DNA of 63,739 nucleotides, counting the filler, from Platydemus manokwari (taxonomy: Eukaryota), in NCBI GenBank assembly GCA_037951405.1. It is 5 parts of 5 records of this genome, joined end to end, with 100 filler letters (N's around TTAATTAATTAA, not from the genome) between each part and the next. Parts side by side here need not be neighbours in the genome. Positions count along the whole stretch, not along the records: positions 1 to 11,680 come from JBBMOY010526663.1; positions 11,781 to 20,668 come from JBBMOY011334428.1; 3 more parts are not named here. The stretch is one strand, 5' to 3'. The translations under genes and the position numbers were made by a program. Under the pieces are notes generated by a model. The model had not been told where the DNA came from. It saw nothing but the letters and a program-made list of their open reading frames with translations, and searched no databases. Every line of letters starts with the position of its first letter. Within the stretch, counting starts at the first letter, position 1. Below, in pieces: positions 1 to 11,921 of the stretch.

Positions 1-399
1 ACTTATTAAGAAAAGACTTTGGTAATACAAGGTTTATTCCTATCTTATCTTTGATAACAAATTGCATCATAAATATATATTTCAAAATCAAATTAAACGT
101 GTTAATAACATTTTTCACACGTGGTAAAAGATAAATCAAAATTTAGTTCTCAAATAGCTTAAAAATATTTTTAAATATAACAAAACTTGATATTATTTAT
201 TTTTTTTATTTTAAACATGCTTGGAGACCTTTTTAAATAATAATTTGCTAAAGAATAATCAATAAATGCACTAAGTTCAAAAGAAACTTCGAAAATTTTT
301 CATATACAGTTTTAAAACTATATTCATCAAGGTTATAGTTTCCAAAGTAAAACTTTAACAAATAAATCTCTTTCGTCAAATTCAGGCACTTTTTTCTTC

Positions 400-1350
400 C
401 AATTAGCTGATGTATCGTTAATGTTTACCACACTCGAATTACAGATATCGCAAAATACAATCCGCTACCTTTTTAAAACACATTATCTCAAAATCTCGTA
501 CAAAGAACCTAAAATAATTGCTTATTCCTCGAACGTAGAAGTTTTAAAATTGGATCCAATTAAATAATTGTGGAATATGAACTATATATGCATATGAAAT
601 AGTAGTAAAATAAATTTTAAATATTAAATAATCTAATGAATTTCTATTTTCTTATCTGACAATTTGTATCCCATTGATACTTGGTTTGCTATTTTAACTA
701 ACTGCTCTTTGATTTAGGATGAATTATGAATAAAAATTCGAAGTAGATATCAAGACATTTGATTATTTCCATTTCATTTGATGCTCATCATATTAATATT
801 CATGTAATTCATCAGGAATAGGAAATTTTATAATCAATGGAGAATGACAGAAAATATCAAACAAATGGCTAATTTGTAAATAAATAAATAAATTCTAAAT
901 TAGACAGTGAACCTGAGCTAAATTTAGAAGTTAGAACATTGAAATAATTTTTCCAACAATATAATTTCTACTAGTTATTTTCCATTACTACAATTGTTGC
1001 ATAGAAAATATCCAGAATAACCATTTTCTAAATAACAAAAGCATGAATGTTTGCCAACATTTTATTGGTTCAATTTCATGATAGCAAGTTATAGCATTAA
1101 ACCTTTTGTGAAAATTGAAATGCCCCATTGTCTATAATACGTGAAACAATGAAGATAAAAAAATACCAAAAATAGAACATTAATATGAATTTTTATCAAA
1201 ATTTTCTTTTCAATTTTTATCATTGTAGTACTATGAAGAACTCTCGCTAACAAATCAATAGAATAAATGTCTTTCTAATATATTCCATGTCAATTTTATT
1301 CTTATTGTGCTTTTGTCTTTCATATAATCTATATTTACAATACTTTTGCA
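400..1350. mobile_element. Highly degraded IS630/Tc1-like transposase relics
   Basis: Plus strand about 450-580 reads ISQNTIRYLF...EVLKLDPIK*LWN, resembling the Tc1 DLNPIENLW motif. Minus strand about 890-1000 reads TIVVMEN...SKFSSGSLSNLEF, resembling IVMDN...YSPxLNPIE. Many stops and frameshifts; boundaries approximate. Confidence 0.3.
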
Positions 1351-1879
1351 TCGAATTCTTTGAAAATGGTTTCTTAATTTTTTTCAAAATATCCATTCCA
1401 ATTTTATAATATCGATTACTAAACTAGATTCAGAGACAAAAAGTATCATGAATATATCAAGTATAGAATTATACTTGTGATTAAATCGCATATCATTTAC
1501 GATCCATGTTTTGTTTCATATTTCTTTCTGGGTTCAAATAATTATTGGTTTTCATGTCAAATTTTGATGGAACTATGAAATGATTGATTTTATCATCTTT
1601 TTATGAATCATAAATCTTCGCTTATTTGAAATTAATTACCTTCGAAAATTTCTGTAAAAGTTCAAATTTCTTTTAAATTCTGCGTTTATAGCTTGAATTT
1701 TTGTTTTACTCATACTATTATGAATAGTGATTATTTCATTAAATTATTCTATACAATAATCTCCATAGATTAATCAAATATTCTCTAACAGCAGATCATC
1801 AAAATAATATTTCAATCTTATAATTATAAATAATATGATCTTCAATGGCTCTGAAGATTTCACACATAAATGCATTTGC

Positions 1880-2100
1880 ATTGCATCCATAGATCTTTTA
1901 ATCGTGTGAAATATCTACTCAATTCATATAATTCATATTATTATCTGTGATATGGCCCATTTTGCACGTTCCCTTTTGAATTACTTCGTTTGGAAATTCA
2001 TTGATTTTGAATTACTTTTATGGAATTGATTGGTATTCACCATTTATCAGCCTATAGAACTCAATGTTAGGCATTTGCTATATTAACAATCACGGAAAGA
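1880..2100 (-). mobile_element. Possible Copia-type RNase H relic
   Basis: Broken minus-strand frames give NQFHKS...EVIQKGTCKMGHIT...VDI(F)TR, similar to the Copia HxRxKH...RExVxxGxIxL..I.T...ADIFTK C-terminus. Degenerate. Confidence 0.3.
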
Positions 2101-2321
2101 AAGATTGAAATGAATAACTTTTGTGATACAAATTTAATTACATTACGAATAATGGAAGAAATAGAAAATAAAAATGTGTTTAAATTAAATCTCTAAATAA
2201 TTTCAAATTATTAATAACTATTCAAATCAATTTGTATTCATATTGTTGAGGGTCAAAGATGATAAAGCAATAATCAAAGTCTTATTTAACACTAACATAA
2301 TATTCATCAATAAATAAATGT

Positions 2322-2553
2322 GCCCTTGATTATGAAAGTGTTATAATTCATATATTTCTTGTTTGGAGATATTAAGTGATTTGCATGTTGAAGAATTTAA
2401 AAATATGTGTGTATTATGGAATGAAATATTTTGACAATTAATTAGCGCCGGTAAATCAGCATTTAATATGATTGTGAAATTTATTACCATTTTTAAATGG
2501 AAATTTTGTTTTGAAAAGTTGAAATGACTTATGCCACTTTCATAATCAAGGGC
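2322..2553. repeat. 232-bp segment bounded by 29-bp imperfect inverted repeats (MITE-like)
   Basis: Left arm 2322-2350 is GCCCTTGATTATGAAAGTGTTATAATTCA. The reverse complement of the right arm 2525-2553 is GCCCTTGATTATGAAAGTGGCATAAGTCA; the first 19 nt are identical. No clear target-site duplication. Confidence 0.6.
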
Positions 2554-3973
2554 TCAAATATCACCCTTAGACTTAATATGACAAAGAATTTTAATCATTT
2601 CAGTTTTATAGCCATCAATTTGCATGTTTTTGAGTGAGTGCGTATAATTTTCATTTGTCTTCCTTGTTTCCAAAAAACTTTGAATTTTTAATTTATAATA
2701 ATTGTGATTGATCAGTCAATATGTTTGTACACTTTGATAAGTCTCTGATTCAGTGAAATTAATTTTCTGCTTTAACATTGCCGGATTGGTCCTCACATGT
2801 GTTTGTATGCGTGCAAGTATGTAAAGTATTACTATATTGAATAATCAAAATTAACAGAATGAAAATATAAATTTCCGAAGTCTTTACCTAACTAATATTC
2901 CGTGATATTACTCGATTAGATTTGAATATTTTAATACATTAAGTTTCATGAATATTGAATGTGTTGAAAACTTGATTTAGATTTTTGAAACACTTGGAAA
3001 TAGATGGCAAATTTTCCCTTCAATTCAAGATAAATTACCTCACTCAACAAACAGAAAGATTTACTTGTCAAAAGTAAACTCGTTGAAGTAGACAATTCAT
3101 CAATGTTATCAGCTGATATAGACAGAAACATAATTAATAACAAAACATTCATTAAAGATTCAATGAATATATCGACATACAACTTATCAGAGCTAACGTT
3201 TTCGTAATTTCCTTGGTTTTTAAACCACAAAAAATTGAAATTATATTGTTGGCTTACAAAGTAAATATATCTCAATTGTGAAATTTAATATTTACAGAGT
3301 CAACTGGTTGAGAATCTCTAATTGTTTTTCGCATCACAAGAGGACGTCTATTTTTTTTAATTGATGAACCACAATGTAAATTTTAAAAAATAACAGAAAA
3401 TATTGAACGAAAAATTATATTATAATTATATTATAATTAAACAAAATTGAGTAATAATGTCTGTAATGATAGTGACGATAATAATATTTTTATAATAATA
3501 GTAATAATTATTATAAAATAATAATTATATATAAGATATTATCATTATAAAATAAATTCCATCACAAAATATAGCTTAATATAATAATTATCTAACTAAT
3601 TAAATTTCGAAATTTAAAGGTCTCGTTTATAAAGGCAGAATCAAAAAGAAAACTTTTTCATTAATTTTCAATGTCATTCGAAAATTATATATAACTTTTT
3701 AATTTTTATTTTTTGCTGCTTTTTCCAAAAATTTTTCCAGGGAAATATAATTACAAAAACAACTACTGCGGTATTATGGAATTCAAAAAAAATCCCATTT
3801 CTTTTGATTAGAAACATTTCTGAATATTTAAAAACAATAACAACTCAAATAAATAATAAGTTAATCATTCATTCAAATAATAACTGATAATTAAATGTTA
3901 GTAATAAACAAATTTACTTGAAAACTTTTTAAATGTTGATATTTATTATGATATAAAATAATAATTTATTAAC

Positions 3974-4253
3974 CTCTCGTAAGTAAATGTACGGCCAGTT
4001 TAACCTGAGAAAAATTTCCATTGCCTAAATTCCCTTTAATTCTGTATAAACCAACTCTTTTACCAAGCATGATTTCCTTTTTCACGTTTTCATTGCACTG
4101 CATTTCTTCAGTAAACTTATCGAATACGGTTTCACCATTGCTTTCTTTTTCTCTATATATAAATGTATTAAAATATTTTTCAAAAATGAAATCTAAATAT
4201 TACTCTGATATTTTAGGTAAAATATCAAGTGAATTTCTTCTATTCGTATTCAT
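3974..4253 (-). CDS. NIM1K: NIM1-type Ser/Thr kinase (AMPK-related), first two coding exons; rest not found in window
   Basis: Exon 1 4253-4204 (MNTNRRNSLDILPKISE), 51-nt GT-AG intron 4203-4153, exon 2 4152-3974 (EKESNGETVFDKFTEEMQCNENVKKEIMLGKRVGLYRIKGNLGNGNFSQVKLAVHLLTR), phase-consistent, ending at a GT donor. Matches the NIM1 N-lobe signature EITLGKRIGFYRIRGEIGSGNFSQVKLG. Confidence 0.85.
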
Positions 4254-5099
4254 CAAACAAAAATAAGATCATAACTTATTGAGAAAACCAATTTTAATTT
4301 ATAATGGTAACAAATTTTCAAATGTACTTGATTTAAAATTGGCGTAAGTTACCTTGAAAGATGATAAGAATAATTTGATACAGAAAAACAAATTATAAAA
4401 CTAATTCTAATTATGGTTTGAGAAGCACCTATTACAAATAATCTTTAAATCATTTAATTTCAACAAGATTTGATTGATTGCGTGAGACTAATAACTAACT
4501 AAGTTTTATACGTTGCACGGATTTGATAGCGGCCTAAATTTAAGATAAACAGACTTGTTAATCTTGCATATTTGCTCAATTGAATAGATCTCCGCTAACG
4601 CATTTGCTAATACATCTCTGCAGAAAAGCAAAAATTAAAAATACATTTTAGAATATTACTCTTTAACACCAGCAAAACGTCAATGCGATGCTAATCATTA
4701 TTTTCAGTTGTCACTGATCGATTTACTTCTTTCATAATTACAGTTTAAAAGTAGGTTTAGTTAATTATCAAGTATGAACAAAGAAAGTATAAAGGGCATT
4801 CTATAAAATATTCAGATAAAAATGAAACATTGTGATAAAATAAATGAAAGGCTTTCCTATCATCTCTACTAGAATGCAGAAAATTCACATTAAATAAAAA
4901 TAAAATATTACCTAGATACTAAACTAGAAACCATCAAGGGGTCTTGTAAAGATTCCCAACTTAACAATAATAGACGGAAAACTGAACTTCCATTCTATAG
5001 ACGATATGAAATAGGTAGCCATTATACCATCCAAAATATTAAGGAGGCCAAACGAGAATAGTATTTCTTCTGTTAAGAAACAGATGAATCTCAGAAATC

Positions 5100-7000
5100 A
5101 TCCGAACTATTTACCAGAATGAAGTTACGGTACAGAATTATGACCATCTTTCTACAATGGTTCATTTCAATAAATAAGCAGAAAATGTGACATACCAGAA
5201 ATTTGAACGGTTTATTGCATTCAGGTATTTACGTCATTTGTGTAATCATCAAGATGGTAGTACATAGGACTACTTATCACCTATATGAAGGTTTGGGCCA
5301 TTCCAGGCAATAATAGCTGACGAGGTAATGCAAGAGAAACACAGAGCAAATGCGAAAATAGTCTAACATCTAAATTCTAGTCATCAATCAACCAGACACC
5401 CTCCTATATAGTGGGCACTAAAATCACCGAACATTTCTAATTATGAATCAGGTTATAATTCCGAAATAAAGTTGATAACAAAACCCATTATTCCAAGGGC
5501 ACAACTAGTCTATCAAACTCTTAATCAGGTAGGACAAGGATTAGCACCATCAGAGGAAGCCGCATCTAATCATTATCCACTCGAGGTGTTACAGCAACAT
5601 AAGAAGGAATATTCATTCAGTAACTACTATTCTACACTGTATCGACTCAATTTTTTTGAAGTACACAGAGTATCACTATATGATGTAATGCACAGGGAAT
5701 ACTAACATATTGATTACTATGATGCTCAACTGGCATACAGTTTTTGCCTTAATAGATACTGGAGCAGACTCAACAATTATAACACACGAGTGCTAAATAT
5801 GCATGAATTATAAAAAATGTCGAAAAAATAATAATCACTTTTACAGGAATTAACTGAAGCTCGTTACCGCTATTTGTAGAAATGGATTACAAAATAAAAA
5901 TATCCGGACAAACACTACCAGTCTCTGTCAGACTGTGTAGTTGGAAAAGAAACACTGAGACAACTAAATTGTATCCTTTATTGATATACCAAAGGCATCT
6001 TAGTCAAAGTAACTAGTGATAATCACAAGCGTGGAAATCAAGCTTATATAGACAAAGAAATTACCATTTAACCTCGATCGGAAATAGTCTGCCTTGGAGA
6101 AACAAATCGAGCGAACACTGGGAAAGTGTTATTCGAATCCAGAGTTAGTTTTATGAAACGAACATCCATGCCTGTGAGTCCAAGCATCGCAATAGTAGAA
6201 ATTTAAAATTCACATACGAATAGCCAAAATTTCGGATAAACCAGTGAAATTATACCCATAGACAAATATAGGTGCAGTGACAGAATTTTTAATTGAAGCA
6301 CAGAAAAGACACCTATCAAATACTATGGGCCAATCGAGGATATCACCTTAGTTCAGATATCACCTCTCAGCAGTGTTCACAAATCACTAAATTCCTCAAT
6401 CAATATCTCGATGCTTTTGCGAAACATAAACATGATCTGGGGAAATGTAATTTAATTGAGCACAGAATCGAATTGATTAACCATCAGTCGATATACCAAC
6501 AAACATATCGTACAACTCTTACGTTTGGGTATAATTGGGTAATAGTATTGTTATTTAATGCCACCCTTATTTTCGGAGAATCACTCTTAGAAAAGCGCAA
6601 TTCTTTTACCTAGAATTATTAGAAGATCTAAGGCCACACGAAATTTTTTCCAATTAGCAATTCAACTGTGGAACATCCATCGACACCCTTCTATGGTTAC
6701 CAATTTCGAGAATTTGTAAATGCAGTAAAAAAAACCATTTGGCAGAACGGAAGCGTTCTATTATAATAATATGATTATTATTGCCACTAAGGAACTGAGC
6801 TTGTTCAACCAAATTATAGGGTCAATAAGTGGCTACAATAGAAATTATAATCTATTTATGGTGATTTAGTACTTATTCAATTATACTCGCACATTTTTTA
6901 ATTGGCTTAAAGATGATGTACAAAAAAATCAATTATAGAACTCCTAATGAACATGTCTTCCTAAATCAAAATGAAATTCCGATTTCAACCCATACTGTTC
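5100..7000 (+). mobile_element. Degraded Ty3/Gypsy LTR-retrotransposon pol fragments
   Basis: ORF 6293-6613 contains FLNQYLDAFAKHKHDLGKCNLIEHRIELINHQSIYQQTYR, the typical Gypsy pre-RT segment. About 5290-5325 reads RFGPFQAIIADE, resembling the integrase core. Numerous stops; no LTRs recognised; boundaries approximate. Confidence 0.65.
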
Positions 7001-7759
7001 AACTAATTACCTCTGCATCATCTACTATGGTAACAAATACTACATAGCCCAGATGGCAAATATTAATTCCACTCAGTCATATCAGCCATTACAACCAGAC
7101 GTGTGCAAAAGGATTATAAAGAAGAGGAAGAGAAAACCATGTATCCGAAAAACCGAACCTCATTATAAACTAAAATGAATCCACGAAGAATCTGAATCAA
7201 ATACAGGGATGAAACCCCGAATCCAAGTGACTTGACAAAATTATTAGTTACTTCTGATATGAGACCATAAAAATCAATTAATGATGTCTACAACCATGAT
7301 TCTTAAGAAATACGCCTCTAGAAGAACAACAGAAAAAGAAAGTGAGTTGCGACATGTCTCGGATAACAATGATAAACAATGAGGAGCAAGAGAAGAATTT
7401 CAATTCATTACACATTAATTTGATATTATTTCCTTTCATTATAATTTTTCTGCATTCTTTCCTTTAGATGTTGTATATTCTCTGTATTTTCACATTTTTG
7501 TGTTCATGCATGTATTTTTCTGGGCGACAAAACTTAAAAGAGGGAGAGATGTTGAAATTCATTAGAGCCATCCGAGCCACTAAATATTCACATACAATAG
7601 TTATTAAAAATTCATAAGCAAAATTTAAAAAATTAAAAATTTTCATCAAAAAATAAACATAAAATTTGTTTACTCGCATCAATTATTTCACTGATCTCAA
7701 GGTCTGATTTCACTGATTTCACAGTCTCAACCAAAATTCAATCAACATTTAAATATAGA

Positions 7760-10700
7760 ATGTTAGGATTTATTGTAAATAAACATAACAGTCTTCATGA
7801 CTGAGGCATACAAGTCCTCATGTCTACTTTTAAATTGAATTATTAAGATTGGTGTGTTTGATGTTCTGATTCGAGATTTCTTCATTTGAAGTCTTCACAT
7901 TCGCTTCACAACATTGCCGAGTATGCATTTGTTATACGTTTGTTGTTTTAGCTGCCAGTGCTGGAGAGTTAATAATCGATCTCAACAAATATTCTTTGGT
8001 TTTTCTTTGGTCCGTATGATTCTTGTAAGTTGATAGGCATTTCTGAGCAATGTCGTTATTAGAAATCCCGAGGTAAACGTGATTTGCCTTTTACCGAGTC
8101 CGATATTCGATAGGACCTTGTTGTTATGAGGGTCCCGAGTACGCCGATGCAGATGACATCGAGGTGGATTTCGAATCTCGTTTTCCTGCAGATCTCTTTG
8201 GCAATTGTTTTGTATGTTTTGTGATTGAGGCATCGATGATCCTGGAAGTTGTCGCTCTTATCAAGAGGAATTTTAAGGTCGATGAAGAAGGTTTGTCGTT
8301 TGTTTTTGTTTCGAATCACCAAGTCCGACCGTAGTTAACTCGTAAATCCCGGTTGTGTTGCATCGATGTCTGTGTCGAAGCCTAGTGACTGCGGATAATT
8401 TTCTAAATGATCTAGGATTATCCTGTGACGCTTTAAAGCTAGTTCTAGAACAGCTGAGTAATGGATAAAAATATGAGCAGCGTCAGCAGTGTTGATTTAT
8501 TTGCCTTGATAAAGCACGACGTATAATTGATCAGTAAGAGGTTGTTACGCGCGTGGTGGGTGAATATTCAAACTTCCGGTGATAGATGGAATTTCTTTAA
8601 TGACTTATGAGATAGATGAGATGCGGAAAACAGTGGACCAGCTGTCCTTGTTTTTTCATTGTAAACTAATGGTTGAAGAAAAACATGAATATCCAATCGT
8701 GTAGAATATCTGAGACTTTGCTACGGCTATCTTCTGAGAAAAAAGTATGCCTTGTGACTTTTAGGCGGTGACTTTTAGTTGAATTTTATCATTATTATGA
8801 TTTAATTCACAGCCGATTTGAAGATTTCTGAGTTTTCTGGCAGCAATTCTAGTCATGGTCTACCAAGTTAAGGACGTTGATGCAATTTTGTCCCATATCC
8901 ACAGGAGTGCACATGATAAATCGGTAGCTTCGTTGAGTCTGTACTTGATCAGGCTGATTAAGTGAATTATGACAAATGATCTGAATTGATGGTCTGGAGT
9001 TGTTAGAAATCTCAAGGCATAAACAATCCCCTGGATACAACATTACATGAGTAAGGTAGTTAGGCCGATTTCCAAGAGTTTTCGTGGAGAGTAGAGGAAG
9101 TAATTTTTACAGGTTTTTGAGCCTTACAAATTCAGTATTTTACAAGAGATTGCTCATATCTTTTTGTCCTGCTTTGTTGTCCTCATTAGTGATCAGAGTA
9201 TGAGAATCGAGGTTAGTAGTTTCGACCTGTTGAATTCTGAAAATGTACGAGATCCTTGAGTACAGGAAAGTGCTGTATGCTTAAAACTTTTGAGAATGGT
9301 GCAGTCGAGACTTCGCAATGGCTTTGAAGTCTGATATGATGAATGAAGTATTGATGAATTGAATTGTATGTTGATATTGATATTTGAATTATTGATAGTG
9401 ATATTTGGATTATTGATTATTAGTAATAATAATAATAAATCACTATAATAGGGTAAATAAGTATGCATTGTGTTCCGCACATCCATCAGAGGCCAACATT
9501 GCCTTTTGATTAGGAAAGAGAATCCTTCTATCCATCTGAGAATTTGTAGGTTCAAGATAGTTTAAAAAATCCAGTATCACTTGTCCATGAGAGCTATCGG
9601 GCGCCATAAGGATACAATGTGTAAGGTTGACTATTTTTCTGGTTTAAGGATGAGATTGGTGTTGCATTCTTCCGTTTGGTTTGGTATGATCTTTGTTCGA
9701 AAGATCTTATTGAAGAGAGCCAGTATAAACCATGTTTGGGATTTATAGTTTTTCAATCCTTGTGCGTCATGCCCACTGACTCAGGTGCAACTTTGACAAT
9801 TTTTGGAAGATGTTTGTAATCTTTGCAGTTTTAATTTCTTTAACGTTCGAGTTATCTTCGAGCTGAAGCAGAGTGGGAAAGAATTCTTATGGTGGTGAGG
9901 AAGGAGCTGGAATTGTGAAGTGTATTGTTCAAAAGTTGATAGAGATGTTGGTGTTGAAGAGGGAACACTGTTAGGGCTCACTGAGAAATTTAGTACAAAG
10001 TTTGAAATCTGAAGATGTTTTCCTATTGAAATGCAATACTGAAAATTTGACATGTTTCTTTGGTACAAATTTAGAGGGTTCGGCGATGAACAAGGCTGTT
10101 CTAGTAGTAGATAGTATTTATTCGAGATATGGAGAATCAATCTCCAGCAGTAATAGATGTGTCATTTGGTCTGTAGCTGACTCGCTGATCATTGATCTTT
10201 TGAGGAAGAGTAGAATATTGGCTACAGTCAGAAGTCGTGGAAACACTAAAGCATGGAATGTTATTTGACTTTATTTGCTTTGGGAGTTCTGATATAATGG
10301 ACTGTTGAAATGATAGCATTTTCTTTACTGCCTGCAGATTCTGTAAGAGATTGTCTAACTTTGCCAACAAATATTTTTGTCCATTTATAGGAAGAAGGTG
10401 GCTGGATCGATGTAATATGACTTAGAGTGTACTGCGAAGTAGGGATTCCAATGGTTTCCATTCAAATGAGTAAGCCAAAAGATGACATGATGACAACGTC
10501 TGAAATTGAAAAAAGTGGTAGTGTTTCAAAGTCTTTGTTGATGATAACGATTGCAGGCTGCGGTTTGATGACAACGAGATCAGTGAAATTGGAAAGTTTT
10601 GTAAGGAGATAAGCTTCGATTGCAGGGCTTGATAGTCATTCAGACCGAAAATCTTCGTTGATTAAAGCAATGCTGGTATTTGACTGGTTTGTTTGCATAT

Positions 10701-11450
10701 TTTCAGTCTTGTGCTGGCCCAGATACAGCTTAAAGAGTGTTACAAATCCGATGAAACCACAGTAATATTGGACAACAAATTCGAGTAACTGAATGACATC
10801 GTGGTATGGATTTGGAATGTGATTAGGAGCTTGTTAGAGGTTGGTTGGAGTGATGTGTGGTATGGTATCAGTTTTCGGTTATTTGTTTACGAGGTCTGGA
10901 GCGGAATTTGATTGATTGGTCATTGATACCGAGTTAATTTAAGCTTGGGCTAATTTTCTAATTGGTTAAGATGTGACTTATGAGGGTAATTTGAATCTCG
11001 TATTTTGTTGGAGTTTGATAACTAAATTTAATGCACAAAGGATGTTGAAGTTATTCCATTTAGAGCTCACGTTTTTTTACCTTAGTTTGGACAGTTTTGG
11101 ATCAAGTGATGCATGACCACAGAAGTAGATCGCAAATGTGAAGAATTTGATGTGCTCTATCTTTGATTTTTGGCTGGAATCTGAGATCGGATTTTATTCT
11201 GGAGTTGCCCTCGATGATTGGATATTTGCATAGTAGGTCGAATGACCGTAGTGCAATTTGGTCAGTTATTAAGACGAAGGGATCAATGCTTTAGGTAAAA
11301 GGTTTGTGCAGAGACTGCAGTTACATTTGATGTATCGCAGGGGCATCAAAAGCTGTTCATAATTAAGAGTTTGACGAATTGCTAGAGATATCCGAGGAGC
11401 ATTTATTGGAGAAAGAGTATAGATTTTGAGTAGTTAAAACTGGTAGGCCA
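7760..11450 (-). mobile_element. Decayed RLE-type non-LTR retrotransposon (NeSL/Utopia/R2-like), near full length
   Basis: In 5'-3' order on the minus strand: Cys/His remnants (CNCSLC about 11320, FCGHAS about 11120); RT motifs WRPIAL (about 9600) and QKAMLASDGCAEHN (about 9490); AHIFIH...KRH zinc-knuckle remnant (about 8450); restriction-like endonuclease RSDLVIRNK..TFFIDLKIPLD...IGVLGT/DPHNNKVLSNIG (8330-8090); 3' UTR ending AATAAATC about 7770. Many stops and frameshifts. Confidence 0.85.
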
Positions 11451-11680
11451 GAAAAGGTTTTCAGATAGTTTTATACATTGATTGCATTTTCAGTCATCTA
11501 GTAGTCGCTTCATGTCCAAAAAACAGAATAACTTCAAAAGTTACCTTTAATAACCAAGATATCTAAAAATAATTATTCATACATAACAGACACCAAAATT
11601 AGTAATACCAGGTTGAGTCAAAAGTTATTCATGTTTTTATGCAGGTATTTTATTAACACAAATTGTTATAACGCTGAACA

Positions 11681-11780
11681 NNNNNNNNNNNNNNNNNNNN
11701 NNNNNNNNNNNNNNNNNNNNNNNNTTAATTAATTAANNNNNNNNNNNNNNNNNNNNNNNNNNNNNNNNNNNNNNNNNNNN
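11681..11780. other. Artificial contig spacer (44 N + TTAATTAATTAA + 44 N)
   Basis: Identical 100-nt spacer occurs four times; the 12-mer puts stop codons in all six frames. Confidence 0.98.
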
Positions 11781-11921
11781 ATGTTTTTGGTGATGTTTTT
11801 TTAGATGATGCTTTTATGGCAAAATTTTTGGGTGTTTCAAATTCTAAATGAGAAGCTAGCCCTCACTCATGTGTAAACGATTACCCTTCTTCTTAGTCGT
11901 TCCCAAAATCCAGTCATAGCT

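Noticed and set aside
2755-2790. Minus-strand GNVKAEN resembling the NIM1K HRDLKAEN catalytic loop
   Set aside because: Lacks HRD, is followed immediately by a stop, and the intervening VAIK exon is absent.
11725-11736. Recurrent palindrome TTAATTAATTAA
   Set aside because: Always centred in 44 N + 44 N; an assembly linker with six-frame stops, not biology. Gene neighbourhoods across these spacers were therefore not interpreted.
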